Program-made: the position numbers and the translations under genes
In this document: piece by piece, positions 23,601-37,593 of the stretch
Layout of the letters: every line of letters begins with the position of its first letter
How positions within the stretch are numbered: the first letter of the stretch is position 1
From: Prorocentrum cordatum
Taxonomy: Eukaryota
Assembly (NCBI GenBank): GCA_963575745.1
Contig: CAUYUJ010000070.1
Location: forward strand, 1-64,000
Direction: 5' to 3'
DNA length: 64,000 nucleotides
Notes under the pieces: generated by a model
What the model saw: only the letters and a program-made list of their open reading frames with translations
Database searches by the model: none
What the model was told of the DNA's origin: nothing

Positions 23601-23779
23601 CCTGAAAAATGATGAATTCTCCAGCGTTGGCCCACCCTCTCTCAGTACAATCTTGTAGTCAACTCAGCTGTGATGAAGATGGTTTCCCTTCCATACCTAT
23701 AGGAGGTGCTGGTCCAGGAAGGTTTGCAATGCCCTGCGCATTCTCCTCATCCTCCTCAGCTCTTTTGCGGAGGCTCCTC

Positions 23780-24450
23780 CTTGGAGAGCCTCTGGGGCCT
23801 CATGGGCGTGTTCTGGAGGCTTTCTTAAGGCCTTCTGGAGGCCTCGTGGGCGTGCTCTGGGGGTTTCTGGAGGTTACCCTGCCTACAACTGCGGTCTCCC
23901 TGAACGACCGGGTCACTAATTGGAATGCTTCGGGGGGTGTCTTGGGGTCATCTTGGGCCGCCATGGGGCTCCCTGAGGGCCATTTTGGACCCCTGTTGTG
24001 CCGTTTTGGGGCTCTATACGACTGCCTGGAAACCCTTTCGGATGGTTGTGGCGCGATTTTGGAGCCTCCCAGGCAGCTTCGGACGCCCAAAGACCGCCGT
24101 CTTGGAGCGTCTGGAAGCCGAAAAGAGGAGAACCCCAAAATAAGCCATAAACCAATAAACTCAAAGATTTTCGCCTCTTGGGGCCTTTTTGGGAGTGCTC
24201 TTGGAGGCCTCTTGGGACGTTTCGGGACGATCTTTGGGGGCATGACGGCTTCTTGGGGGTCGTCGTCGACCGTATTGGGGCTGTCTGAGGTCGTTTCGGG
24301 AGCGCGCCACGGCCTGCGAGGTTCTGCGGGCCGCTTCGAGGCCCGTCCGGAGGGTCCCTAAACCCCAGATCCCGGGAGTCCGTTTTTTTTGGGGGGGGGG
24401 CGGGTGATGGGTTTTCCCCTCGCCTGGGTTTGTAAAAATATAGGAAGAGG
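23780..24450. repeat. GGCCTCTTGGG-rich dispersed repeat
   Basis: Similar motif-rich tracts occur at ~28690-28830, ~31080-31370 and ~48060-48230. Confidence 0.6.
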
Positions 24451-24451
24451 A

Positions 24452-24705
24452 CTATGTATGTATGTATGTATGTATGTTTGTATGCATGTATGTATGTATG
24501 TATGTATGTAGGTAGGTAGGTAGGTAGGTAGGTAGGTAATTAGGTATGCATGTATGTATGGATGGATGTATGTTTGTATGTATGTTTGTGTACATATGTA
24601 TATAAATATATACATAACATACATATATGTATATATACATATACGTACATGTATACATATACATATATACATGTGTATATACATATCTGTATATACATGC
24701 ATGTA
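24452..24705. repeat. (TATG)n/(TAGG)n/(TA)n compound microsatellite
   Basis: Direct observation. Confidence 0.93.
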
Positions 24706-25546
24706 CACGGATGTTCGTCTGCCTGTTAGTATGGTTGTTGTCGATTTTGTTTCGTATGTTCTGTCTTTTTCTCTCTCCCTCTCACAGTATTTTTTTTGTT
24801 CTCTCGTTCACTCTCTCTCTCTCTCTTTCTTTCCCTCTCTCCCTCTCTCGTTCTTTCTCTCGCCACCTGTCCTCGAGACGTTTTCTGCTCCCTTTGCGCT
24901 CCCCTCATTGCGCGTGCCTCTTCGCCAGTCCTCGTCATCTTGCCTCATCACATGCTCCGCTGCCTGTCCTCATCGCTCTCTTCTCGCGCGCTTCTCGCGC
25001 GCGCGCGCGTTCGCGCGCGCTCGCGCGCCACGCTTGCCGGTTTCCGCAGCCGTTGGGTCGTCGCTGCCGCCGCCATTGACGCAGCAGCTTCTGTCGTCGC
25101 CGCCGCTCTTGCCGCCGTCGCTGTCCCCGCTGCGGCCTGCTAGTGTTGCGTCGATGGGAAGGGCGGTCCCCCACGTTCTCCATCCCGTCCGTCCTGCTCT
25201 TTCGTTCTGCTCGTTTTTTGTGTGTTGGTATCCGTTCGCCCGCTCGGGTATACATCCCGACCACATGAGCCCACAAAACAACAACAACAACCACCATCAC
25301 CACCAACACCACCACCATAACAACAGCAACAACAGCAGCAACAACAACAGCAATACATATACATATATATGTATAATAAACACCTGGATGCAGTACTTGC
25401 ATTCACGTTGTTGCTGCTGCACTGGTGTGCGATTTCTGTTCGAATGCTCATGGCTGCTGTTGTCACTGACGGTGCTGCTCTTCTTCACTATCCATCTGCG
25501 CTGCCGCCCGGGGCCGCCACCGCGCCCCGGGAGTCCCGTAGTAGGG

Positions 25547-25704
25547 TGAAGTCGGGCCTGCCCCTCTACAGCAGGGATGTTCCAAAATAGTCAAAAAATA
25601 GGCTGGGGACTATTTTTGAGCATTTCTTCCCATTTTGGAGTATTCTTTGGGTATTTTTAATTTTCCTTCGAAAATCCCCCTGTAGGGGGACACGCCCGAC
25701 GTAA
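25547..25704. mobile_element. hAT-like MITE (family M1), 8-bp TSD TAGTAGGG
   Basis: TIRs TGAAGTCGGGCCTGCCCCTCTACAG / CTGTAGGGGGACACGCCCGACGTAA. Perfect TSD at 25539-25546 and 25705-25712. Confidence 0.85.
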
Positions 25705-26170
25705 TAGTAGGGGACGCTACACTCGGGGCATCGAGGGTTGCGTGAACCGGGCCCTGAACAAGGGGCGGCGAGATCTATACCCACACGTGATCGCGTCGTG
25801 AGAAGAAGATTAGACGGGAGGATTTCGGCTGTTTCAGGCCTTTAAGGGCCCTTCCCAGACCTCGGGGCCGTCAAAGCAGGACCCATGATGGAAAACGGGT
25901 CCCAGGGAAAGGTTCGAGACCCCTGGGGGTCGACGTTGCGAACAAAAATCACGACGTCGGGGGTCTAGGTATACAGGTCCGCCGCCGTTGGCAAGGCCTC
26001 CTCCTCCTCCTCCTCCTCCTCCTCCTCCTCCTCCTCCTCCTCCTCCTCCCCCTCCTGGTCCCAGTGGCGGCGTATGCACCCCTGTCTTGGTCAGGCGGGG
26101 GGCGCACGTACGCCGCCCTCGCGGGCGCAGGACGTGCCTGGACTTGGGCGCCGTGCGTGTGCGTGTGCGT

Positions 26171-26227
<57 letters not shown>

Positions 26228-28449
26228 CCCAGACCCCCTCGCGTCGTGAAAAAATCACGACGGAAGGTTTTTCGCTATTTTCGCCCTCCGAAGGTCCTCA
26301 GGATGAAAAACCGGTCCCGGGGAAAGGGTCCAGACCTCTGGGGGTCGACGTCATGAAAAAATCACGACGTCGGGGGTCTGGGTTTGTGTGTGTGTGTGTC
26401 GGGGTTGGACAGAACCCCCACCCTGACACGTCGATGAATTCGTGAATTGTCCGTTTTCGGTTCTCGAGGGGGCGCCGCGGCCGTCCTTTCCCAGGGTGGC
26501 GCCCGCCAGGTTTGGGCCCGAGGTCGTTTTCACTAAACCACGTTTTACTAAAGAGGGTTCTGTCCATCTCCGAGTGTGTGGATCCCGTCGCCCAAAGGGA
26601 CCCCCCCCCGCCGTTCGCCCACCCAGCTACCCGGGGCCCTCGCCGGGCCTCGGGACCGTCAACAAACGACTCGGGGTGGAAAGTCGGCGGCGACGATACG
26701 GGCGAATAGCCCAGGGGCGGGCATTACAAGCATTCGCAGGGGAGCCTTGTCGAAGACATAGGTCATCGGCGCCCCTGGATACATGTATTGCGCTCCCCTG
26801 GTCTATTCGCCCCGTGCGTCGCCTCTGAACAAGAAACGGTCCCAGGGAAGTGGTCGGGAGGTCGGGCGCCCGTGTCACGAGAAAAACAAGACAAGGCGGA
26901 TGTCGGGGCCTTCCCCGGGGCCCTCCCCCCCCCGGAGGGCGGGAAAGGAGCTCGCCCAGGCCTCGAAACTGAAGCTTCTGCGTGATCTGGGAGCAGAGCG
27001 CGGAGAGGCTTGGTCCAGCAAGTTGGCGCATGCAGGCCGTGCGTGGATCGGAGGTCGAGAGCGGCATTTGACAGGTGATAGTACATATGAAAATGGCCCA
27101 GAGGGTCCCAGGAGCCCCCCCAGGAGTTCCAAAAGGGTTTCCTACAGGGCCGCCCGCGGCAGGGGAACGCCATTCGAACAATCATCGCGAGATCCACGGC
27201 GGTCGCTGACTGCGTCGCACACCCCAGAACGCACCGCCAATGTTATACCCCCTCAACCCCGTGGATTTAATCCACGGGTCCACACTAGTATAAATGTATA
27301 CAAACACATGCTTATACATATGGACAGCTGTACATACGTATGAAATCGCACATGCACATCTGTACACATGTACGCATACATTCTCTCGATCTAAATGTTG
27401 ACCAGCGTGGGCCCCAAACAGTAGGTAGTCTCTTGGTGCAACCAGTGTGCGCAATCGATTTTAACAAACGAGTTGACACATCCCATGCTCTTGCAAACAT
27501 CCCACCCACCCACCCGCAATTTGGTTTGCAAAACCCATGCGGTGGCGATTGCGATGCATGCTTGGCGTTGGCTGGTGCATCTTTGCAGCCGCGCCGACCT
27601 TAGCACGCGCGCGCAGCGGCCAGCTAGGTTTGCGCCACCGACGCGGCCGCGGTGGCATTGGCCGCTTGGGCACATCCCAGCGGGCACGTTGCGAGTCGGC
27701 GACTTGGGCGGGTGCGGTACCATGGCAACGCCGACTACAGTAGACACGATGATGACAATGGCGGTTCTGGTGACGATGCTCGCACCGACGAAAGCGCGGC
27801 CAGTGCGGGCGCCGATGCTGTTTACGCCGGCGACGATGACGGCGTCTTCGCGTCGGTGATGGCGCGGATTGCGCCCCTCCCTGCGCGGGTGCAAGGGCGT
27901 GCGAATGATGTCGACGTGCGGCGCCAGAGGCCCGTCTGGGAGAATTCCATGCAGATGTTGAACAACCTTTTTGGTAGCCCCAAGAATTTGCAGGAGCTCG
28001 CGCGCAAGTTTTTTTCGTTTTCACAGCTGATGTTGCGAAACCATGTGTGTATATTTGTTTTGACATTTAGTTGTGAGTGCCTTCCGGAACCGAGAGTTTT
28101 CGAAGGATTGCGGCCTGCGCGCGCGTCGACGCGCGCGTGCACTTCGTCCAATTGTTTTGCAAAACGTTCTCGCGACGGCACTCGCGCATGGGCGTTTTCG
28201 AACGATTTCGACACGCGCGCACAATCATGCAAAACAATTCTTCACGCTTCGCGTATCCCCACCAGCCCATCTCAAAACAGCAACTCTAGCGAAGCATGCC
28301 GACAGTCGTGTTTTTCAGGCGTATTTCCGCCTGCCCCCACATATCTCCCCTGTTTCCTCCTTCCTCCCGCCTCCTTGTACATCCTCCTTGTGGTGGGAGC
28401 GGGAGAAGGACGAGGCGGAGGAGGAGGGAGAGAGAAAACGCTCCTCGTG

Positions 28450-28630
28450 GTTTGAGTCGTTCGGGCTTCTCGTCCTGGTGTGAGTCGTTCGGGCCCTTCT
28501 TCCTGGTGTGAGTCGTTCGGGCTCTTCGTGGTGTGAGTCGTTCGGGCTCTTCGTCCTGGTGTGAGTCGTTCGGGCTTCTCGTGGTGTGAGTTGTTCGGGC
28601 CCCTCGTCCTGGTGTGAGTCGTTCGGGCCC
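28450..28630. repeat. ~26-29 bp minisatellite (GGTGTGAGTCGTTCGGGC core)
   Basis: About seven tandem copies. Confidence 0.9.
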
Positions 28631-29032
28631 CTCCTCCTGCCCGTCCAGAAACGACGCCCAGGCGAGTAGAGGGTCGTCCTGATGGGCTTTTCGGCGTCTT
28701 GGGTGCCTCGGGGGGGCCTGTTTGGGCCGTTTGGGATCCTCTTGGGGGCCTCCTGGGGGCCTCTTGGGGCCATCTTGGGGCCTCTTGGTGCCTCCTGGGC
28801 GCTTCTTGGGGCCGTCTTGGAGGAACTCGATCAAAGAAGAGGGGAGCTTTAATTAGCGCTGCCCCCTCAGAAGGCCAAAATGGGGCCAAAACCTTAGTAA
28901 ATCAATGATTTTGGCTTGAAAGAAGAGGTGAGCTTTAATTAGCGCTGCCCCCTCAGAAGGCCAAAATGGGGCCAATACCGTAGTAAAATCAATGAATTTG
29001 GCTTCAATGAGAAGGGGAGCAATTTTCTGCCT

Positions 29033-29246
29033 CCCCCCGTCGGGGCCAGAATCCTCGTGAGGGGTGTTGTTTTTTAGCCCTCCCAGGAGTCGAAACAGAC
29101 CCCTCCAACCACCCGCGGGGCGCCCTCTCCAGACCCAGGGGGATGGGGGTAGGGGGAGGGGTAAACCCCTCCCCGAAGGGGAAGAATGGGGGGGTGAGAA
29201 CAGAGAGAGCTTTCTAAACCACTCACGCCCAAAGGGCTGGTGGGAT
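29033..29246 (+). repeat. Conserved ~210-bp repeat end, second copy at 31413-31622
   Basis: CCCCCCGTCGGGGCCAGAATCCTCGTGAGGGGTGT...TAAACCACTCACGCCCAAAGGGCTGGTGGG is present twice in direct orientation. Confidence 0.85.
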
Positions 29247-31075
<1,829 letters not shown>

Positions 31076-34049
31076 ATGTCTTTTGGGAGCCTCTTGGAGG
31101 CCTTTTGGAGCGTCTTCGGGGCCTCTTGGCGGCCCCAGGGGCTTCTAGGAGCGTCTGGGGTGCCTTGGGGGAACCTCTTGGGGCCTCTTGGGAGCCTCTT
31201 GGAGGCGGTTTGGGGCGTCTTGGGGGCCCCTTGGCGGACCCAGGGGCTTCCAGGAGCGTCTTGGGTGCCTCGGGGGAGCCTCTTGGGGCCTCTTGGGGGC
31301 CTCTTGGGAGCATCTTGGGGGCCTTTTGGAGGCCTCTTGGAGGGGTCTGGGAGGAATCTTGGGGCCATCTGTCGGGCGATCGATCACAGATGGGGGGAGC
31401 ACTTTTCCCCCTCCCCCCGTCGGGGCCAGAATCCTCGTGAGGGGTGTCGAATTTTAGCCCTCCCAGGAGTCGAAAAAGACCCCTCCGGCCACCCGCGGGA
31501 GGACCTCTCCAGGCCCAGGGGGAGGGGGTAGGGGGAGGGGTAAACCCCTCCCCGAAGGGGAAGAAGGGGGGTTGAGAACAGAGAGAGCTCGCTAAACCAC
31601 TCACGCCCAAAGGGCTGGTGGGTTTTTTTGTTTAAGAAAATCGTCAGAGCACGCGCGTAAGCTTTATTTGAAAACAGATGTTGCGAACCTGTGTGTTGTC
31701 GGATATGTTTTGGACATCCGGTTTTCCAAATCGTTACGGCACCGAAGTTGTTTGAAGGACTTCGGCGTGCCGCGACAACGCGCTCGTGCTATTGTTTTTT
31801 TGTTGCCAAAGATCCTCGCGACGGCACGCGTGCGAGAGCGTTCGAACGATTTCGACATGCGCCCGCGCGAAATCCGTTTAGCAGTTTTTTTTTCTGAAAT
31901 TGTTGAACATCTAGTTTCTTTCAACATTTGCGAGAGCGCGCGCGTTTTGTTGTTTGCAAATCCGTGTTGCGAAACCATGTGTTTGGAATTGTTTAGGACA
32001 CTCGATTTTGGAACCCCTCCGAAACCGAAGGTTTTTGAACGATGTCGGCATGCGCGCGCGATGGCGCGCGCGTGCGCACAGCGTGTCAAGTTTTTTGTTT
32101 TTTGCAAAAAGGTGCTTGCACATTCATGATTGTTGATCAGCGGGTGCGCGCATAGTATTTGCAGAAGACGGCGGGGGAGTCGAAACCGGCTGTGCTGGGA
32201 TGGCGTGGCCTCATATTTACGATGGACGACGGGGCAGAAACGCACGTACAGTGCAACCCAAAAAGGTGTAGATCGAGTTTTTTCTTCAGAAATGAGGGTC
32301 CGTGTTGCGCAATGGATTTTAACACGAATTGGCACATCCCATGCTCCTGCAAACATCCCGCCCACTCACCCGCAACTTGCTTTGCAAAACCCACGCGGTG
32401 GCGAATGCGATGAGTGTGTGGCGGTGGCTGGTGCATCTTTGCGGCCGAACCATCCCAAGCGCACGTGCAGAGGCCAGCTCGCTTGGCGCGACCGACGCGG
32501 CCGCGGTGGCGTTGACTGTTGGGCACATCCCAGCGTACACTTCAGTGCGAGCCGGCGACTTGGGCGGTCTCAGAATCATGGCACCGCCGACTATGGTAAG
32601 CACGATGCTGATCGTAGTGATGAAAGTTCTGGAAAGCGTTAAAGAATTCGACGTGCGCGCGTGGCTGACGCGCCACCAGAGTGGCCCGCATGGTATGATT
32701 TGAAACGGACCATGCCCCCCCCCCCCAGCGCGCGCAAGAGCGTGCGAATGATGTCGGCATGCGGTGCCGGAGGCCCATTTGGTAGAATTCCATGCGAATG
32801 TTTAAAACGTTTGTCTGAAGAGTTCGCAAGAGCGAGAGCCCACGATTTATTTTGAAAACGGTCGCTCGAAGACCATTTTTGTTCGTATGCGTTTTGGACA
32901 CTCGGTCTTGACATTTTTGCGCAACCAGAGGTTTCTGACAGATTTCGGCATGCGCGCGCGTCGACGCGCACGCACTTCGTCACATGTGTTTGCAAAGGAC
33001 GCGGTTTACGGCACGCGTGCAAGGGCGTTCGAACGGTTTTTGACATGCGCGCGCGAAACTTGTTTGGTAACATTTCTGGAAATATTGAGAAACGCATGGT
33101 TTTCTTAAAGATTCGCAAACATGCGCACGCATCTTTTTTTCGAATATCAGTTTTGCCATTTTGTTTGGACGCTCGATTTTGAAATCCTTACGAAACCGAT
33201 GGGTCGTGTAATGATTTCGGCACGCGCGCGCGTCAGCGAGCGCGCGCGATTCCCGTCTCATGTTTATGCAAACGATGTTTGCACACGTATGTTACATGAT
33301 AAGCGTGTGCGCGCATGAAGCTTTGCAAGGGATGGGGCGGGGGGATACCCGCCCCCCTGGGATGGCGACGGTTCATATTTAGGATGGACGATGGAGCAGA
33401 CTCATATGTAAATTGCACTGCGACAAAAAGATGCCGATAATCCCGGGGGAGGAGAGTACAATCTCTTTCAGGAAAGGAGAATCTACGCGACGGCGACGGC
33501 AGCGACGGGCGGCACCGCCCGCAAAAACTGCCAGTTGCCCCGAGCGGCGGCGACGGCGACGGCCTCGGCGACGACGGGCGGCCCCGCCCGCGAAAGCCGC
33601 CACTCGCCCCGAGCGGCGGCGACGTCGACGGCGACGGCGACAGCGAAGACGGGCGACGCCCCCGCAAAAGCTGCCACCCACCCCGAGACGGTGATGTCAA
33701 GTAAGAACCCCGAGGTGCAAATTTTCTTGGAGAAATGTAGACGTACGTGTGCACTTGAGGCGCCCACGTGCAGCACCGGATAAATGCGAACGTCCGGGGA
33801 GGCTCGCGTGCGCACCCCTCGGGGGAGAGCGCGGGGCGTTTGCTGCCGGCGCAGGCGCGCAGGCAGACAGTGTTTGGCAGCCGGTTGATGGGGAAGGAGT
33901 GGTCTACAAGGACGCCCCCGAGGGCGCGAAGTTATGCGCGCTTCGCGGCTCGGCTCCGACTCCTCCTCCTCCTCCTCTGCCCTGGGGGGCAGCGCGGGAG
34001 CGCGAAGTGATTCTCGCTCCGCGCCCCGCGCAGCGCGGAGCGCGAGGGT

Positions 34050-34112
34050 GTTTTTTTTGTATTCTTCATTCTCCCTTCAGAATCCCCCTGTAGGGGGAGA
34101 GGCCCGACCTAA
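34050..34112. mobile_element. Partial M1 MITE (right end only)
   Basis: AATCCCCCTGTAGGGGGAGAGGCCCGACCTAA matches the M1 right TIR. Confidence 0.7.
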
Positions 34113-34128
34113 CTCTGGGGCGTCTGTA

Positions 34129-34293
34129 CACCTCTGGCGATGCTTAAGAAAACTTGAGTTTTCGGCCAGAGTCTCGATTATTCTTAACGTTTCAATCTAA
34201 GTCTTAAGATTTTAGTAGAAATGTTGGATTTTTGTTCAAGTTCTGAGACTATGAATTTCTTAACCCGTGATTTCTTAAGCATTTCGCAGGGTG
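34129..34293. mobile_element. MITE with TA TSD (Tc1/mariner-type inferred)
   Basis: TA|CACCTCTGGCGATGCTTAAGAAA ... TTTCTTAAGCATTTCGCAGGGTG|TA, with an AT-rich interior. Confidence 0.7.
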
Positions 34294-34351
34294 TACACCG
34301 ATCTTCCTGGCCAGGAGAGGAAACCGCGTCGTGTATACACCGAGCCCCTCC

Positions 34352-34372
34352 CAGTGGCCATTTTGGTTCAGG
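34352..34372 (+). promoter_or_regulatory. Relic dinoflagellate spliced leader / putative trans-splice acceptor region
   Basis: CAGTGGCCATTTTGGTTCAGG matches DinoSL CCGTAGCCATTTTGGCTCAAG at 17 of 21 positions, ~93 nt upstream of the predicted ATG. Confidence 0.7.
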
Positions 34373-34464
34373 AGGGCTCCGTGGCAGAAGCGCTCGCTCG
34401 CGACCCCCCCGCCGCGCAGCTGCCGAGAGCTGCGCCCGCAGCCTCGCCGCTCGCACACCGAGCC

Positions 34465-34473
34465 ATGCAGCAG
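34465..34473 (+). CDS. Fumarate reductase exon 1 coding part (MQQ)
   Basis: GCC-ATG context downstream of the relic SL. CAG|GT donor joins in frame to exon 2. Confidence 0.6.
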
Positions 34474-37400
34474 GTCTCAGGAGGGAACAAAGCACACAGA
34501 CACAATGAGTCTTCGACTCCCCAGGGAATGCGAGAACATAGGAGGAGTGGGGGGAAGGCGAACATCTAAAGTGCATGATAACACATCATCCCAGTGCGAC
34601 CCTACCTATGAGTTGGAGCATTTAGGAAAGCAACATCTACATCTACACCGACAGCTACATTTACATCTAAATCTGCATCTACATCTACATCAACATCAAC
34701 AGCGAGACTCACATCTACATCTACATCTACAGCTACAGCTACATCTACATCCACATCTACATCTACATCTACATCTACATCTACATCTACATCTGCACCT
34801 ACATCTACATCTGCACCTACATCCACATCTAACCTACACCTACATCTACATCTACATCTACATCTACATCTACACTTTCGCATTGGTTTTGCTTTTGTTT
34901 TGCATTGTCTATGCTATGCTATGCTATGCTATGCTGCGCTGTGCTGTGCTAAGCTAAGCTATGCTATGCTATGCTTTGCTGCGCTTTGCTTTGTCTTGCT
35001 TTGCTGTGCACCCAGCGACAGCAGGCTGTTCAGCACTGCTCGCGGCTCCTGCAAGTGCTGCAGGCTGTTCAGCACTGCTTGCACTAGGTTCAACACTGCT
35101 CGCGGCTCCTCCAAGAGCTGCAGGCTGCTCAGCACTGCTTGTGGGGGCTCCGGTCAGGCCATCGAGGCTAGCTCGGCACCTGTCGCACATTGCTTTTGCT
35201 TTGCCTTTCCTTTGCTTTGCTTTTGCTTTTGCTTTGCTTTGCTTTGCGTTGCTTGTGCTCTGCTTTGCTGTTGCTGCTGTTGCTTTGCCTTTGCTTTGAT
35301 GCGTTGCTATGCTATGCTATGCTTCGCTATGCTATGCTATGCTATGCTGCGCTATGCTGCGCTATGGTATGCTATGCTAGGGTAGGGTATGCTAGGCTGC
35401 GCTATGTTATGCTAGGCTATGCTATGCAATGCTATGCTGCGCTATGCTATGCTATGCTATGTTATGCTGCGCTATGCTATGCTAGGTTAGGCATATGCTA
35501 TGATATTATATGCTGCGCTATGCTATGCTATGCTATGCTGGGCAGTGCTATGCTATGCTATGTTGCGCTATGATATGCTATGCTATGCTATGCTATGCTA
35601 TGATATGTTGCGCTATGTTATGTTATGATATGCTACGGTAAGCTAAGCTAAGCTGTGCTATGCTAAGCAATGCTATGCGATGCTATGCTATGCTATGCTG
35701 CGCTATGTTATGTTATGCTGTGCTATGATATGAATTGGTATGCTGAACTATGCTATGATATGCTATGTTTGGCTATGCTATGCTATGCTGTGCTAATGCT
35801 GCGCTGCGCTATGCTGCGCTGCGCTAAGCTAAGCGACGGTAAGCTAAGCTATGCAAAGCTAAGCTAAGCTAAGCTAGGCCAAGCTAAGCTAAGCTAGGCT
35901 AGGCTAGGCTAAGCCAAGCCAAGCTAAGCTAAGATGAGATCAGCTAAGCTAAGCTAAGCTAAGCTAAGCTAAGCTAAGCTAAGCTAAGCGAGGCTAGGCT
36001 AGGCAAAGCTAAGCTAAGCTAAGCTAAGCTTAGCTAAGCTAAGCTGGGTGAACCCAGGGGGCGCAACTGGGGGAACCCTGGGGCGGATACTGGGGGAACC
36101 GCCCGTGGCGCTTTCCACTGCCCGGCCCCTTTAAGAAAGAGAGCAAGAACCCTTCTAGGCAGAGCCTAGGTAGGGAATGAAGAAACATAGAGAACAGATG
36201 GGAACACCCAGCATATATACATGAACACCCAGCATATCCACACACATACTATATATTTATACACACCTCTATATATATATATATAGATAGGTGTGTATAC
36301 ATATATATATATATACATATGATCATATGAAGCATATGGCGAAATCCAAATCTATGAGAAAATGGGTCAAACTCGTGGGAGCTGTGTGTATTCATTCGTG
36401 TGTCCCAGGGCCCCTTCCCAGGTCATCGTCGTGGGCGGCGGCCTCGGCGGCCTCTCCGCCGCGCACACCATCCTCGAGCACGGCATCAACGTGCTCGTGG
36501 TGGACAAGAGCGCCTTCTTCGGGGGCAACAGCACCAAGGCCTGCATCGAGGAAGAGCACACGCCCGAAGCAGAAACTTCTGGGCGCTCCGCGCGGGTTCC
36601 TTGGATCCGCGCTGGGCCCCCTCGGCGGCGCCTCCGGCGCGGCCCCCGGGTCCAGCGCGGATCCAAGAACTCCGCGCGCAGCGCCAAAAGTGTATGTTTA
36701 TGTGTGTTTCTTCTTCTAACGGAGCTGGCTGGGGGGGCCGAGGTGGCCCAGCACTGGCCCCGGCCAGCAGGAGGAGGGAGAATAGGCCCCCCTCGTCGCC
36801 ACGGCTGGACGCGGCTCGCAGAAGCGGTCAGTTTCGAACCCAGGAGAGGGCCGGGGACCGATTTCGAGCGGACTTGCCCCCTTCCTCCCCCTCTTGTCGA
36901 CAAGATTTTCTCTGGGCTCACTTATCCAGCTCGGATTCCCTGGCCGCTTCCAACACCTCGGTCCGATTCGCTTTCGATGTCCCGACGATCCCATGCGGCC
37001 CGATGCTGGCGCGGCGCCGCCGAGCATCCTGAGGCGGCCCATCCGATTGGGTTCCGACTCCGTGCCGTTGCAGCCCGACCTGACGCACGACACGATCCGA
37101 TTTCCCGATGCGATGGTGACTGGTCCTGCCCAGGCCACCAGCGGCATCAACGGCGCCCTCACCAAGACGCAGCGCGCGCACAAGATCGGCGACAGCCCGG
37201 AGATCTTCCAGGAGGACTGCATGAGGGGAGGCGCTAGCCGCCCGGACCTCGTCCGCGTGCTGTGCGAGGAGAGCGCGCCGTCCGTGGACTGGATCATCGA
37301 CAAGTTCGGCGTTGACCTCAGCCTGGTCTCGCGCCTGGGCGGCCACTCCATGCCCCGCACGCACCGCGGCAAGGAGCGCTTCCCCGGCATGACCATCACC

Positions 37401-37561
37401 TACGGCCTCATGGAGAAGCTCGAGGATGGTGGGCCCGCTTTCCACCACCGCTACCACAGGTGGGAGAGGGGGGAGGAGGCGGAGGAGGAGGAGGAGGAGC
37501 AGGAGGAGGAGGAGGAGGAGGAGAGGGAGGGGGAGAGGGAGGGGGAGAGGGAGGGGAGGAG

Positions 37562-37593
<32 letters not shown>

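Larger units (their letters stand above)
18006..23780 (-). mobile_element. RTE-like non-LTR retrotransposon (APE-RT-zinc fingers) with additional 3' ORF(s)
   Basis: A continuous non-repetitive block with ordered APE, RT and Zn-finger motifs. Ends are approximate and no TSD was identified. Confidence 0.85.

Noticed and set aside
33863..33931. Exon-like segment ADSVWQPVDGEGVVYKDAPEGAK after an AG|G
   Set aside because: No recognisable homology, no partner exons found, and it lies upstream of the relic SL. It cannot be supported without transcripts.
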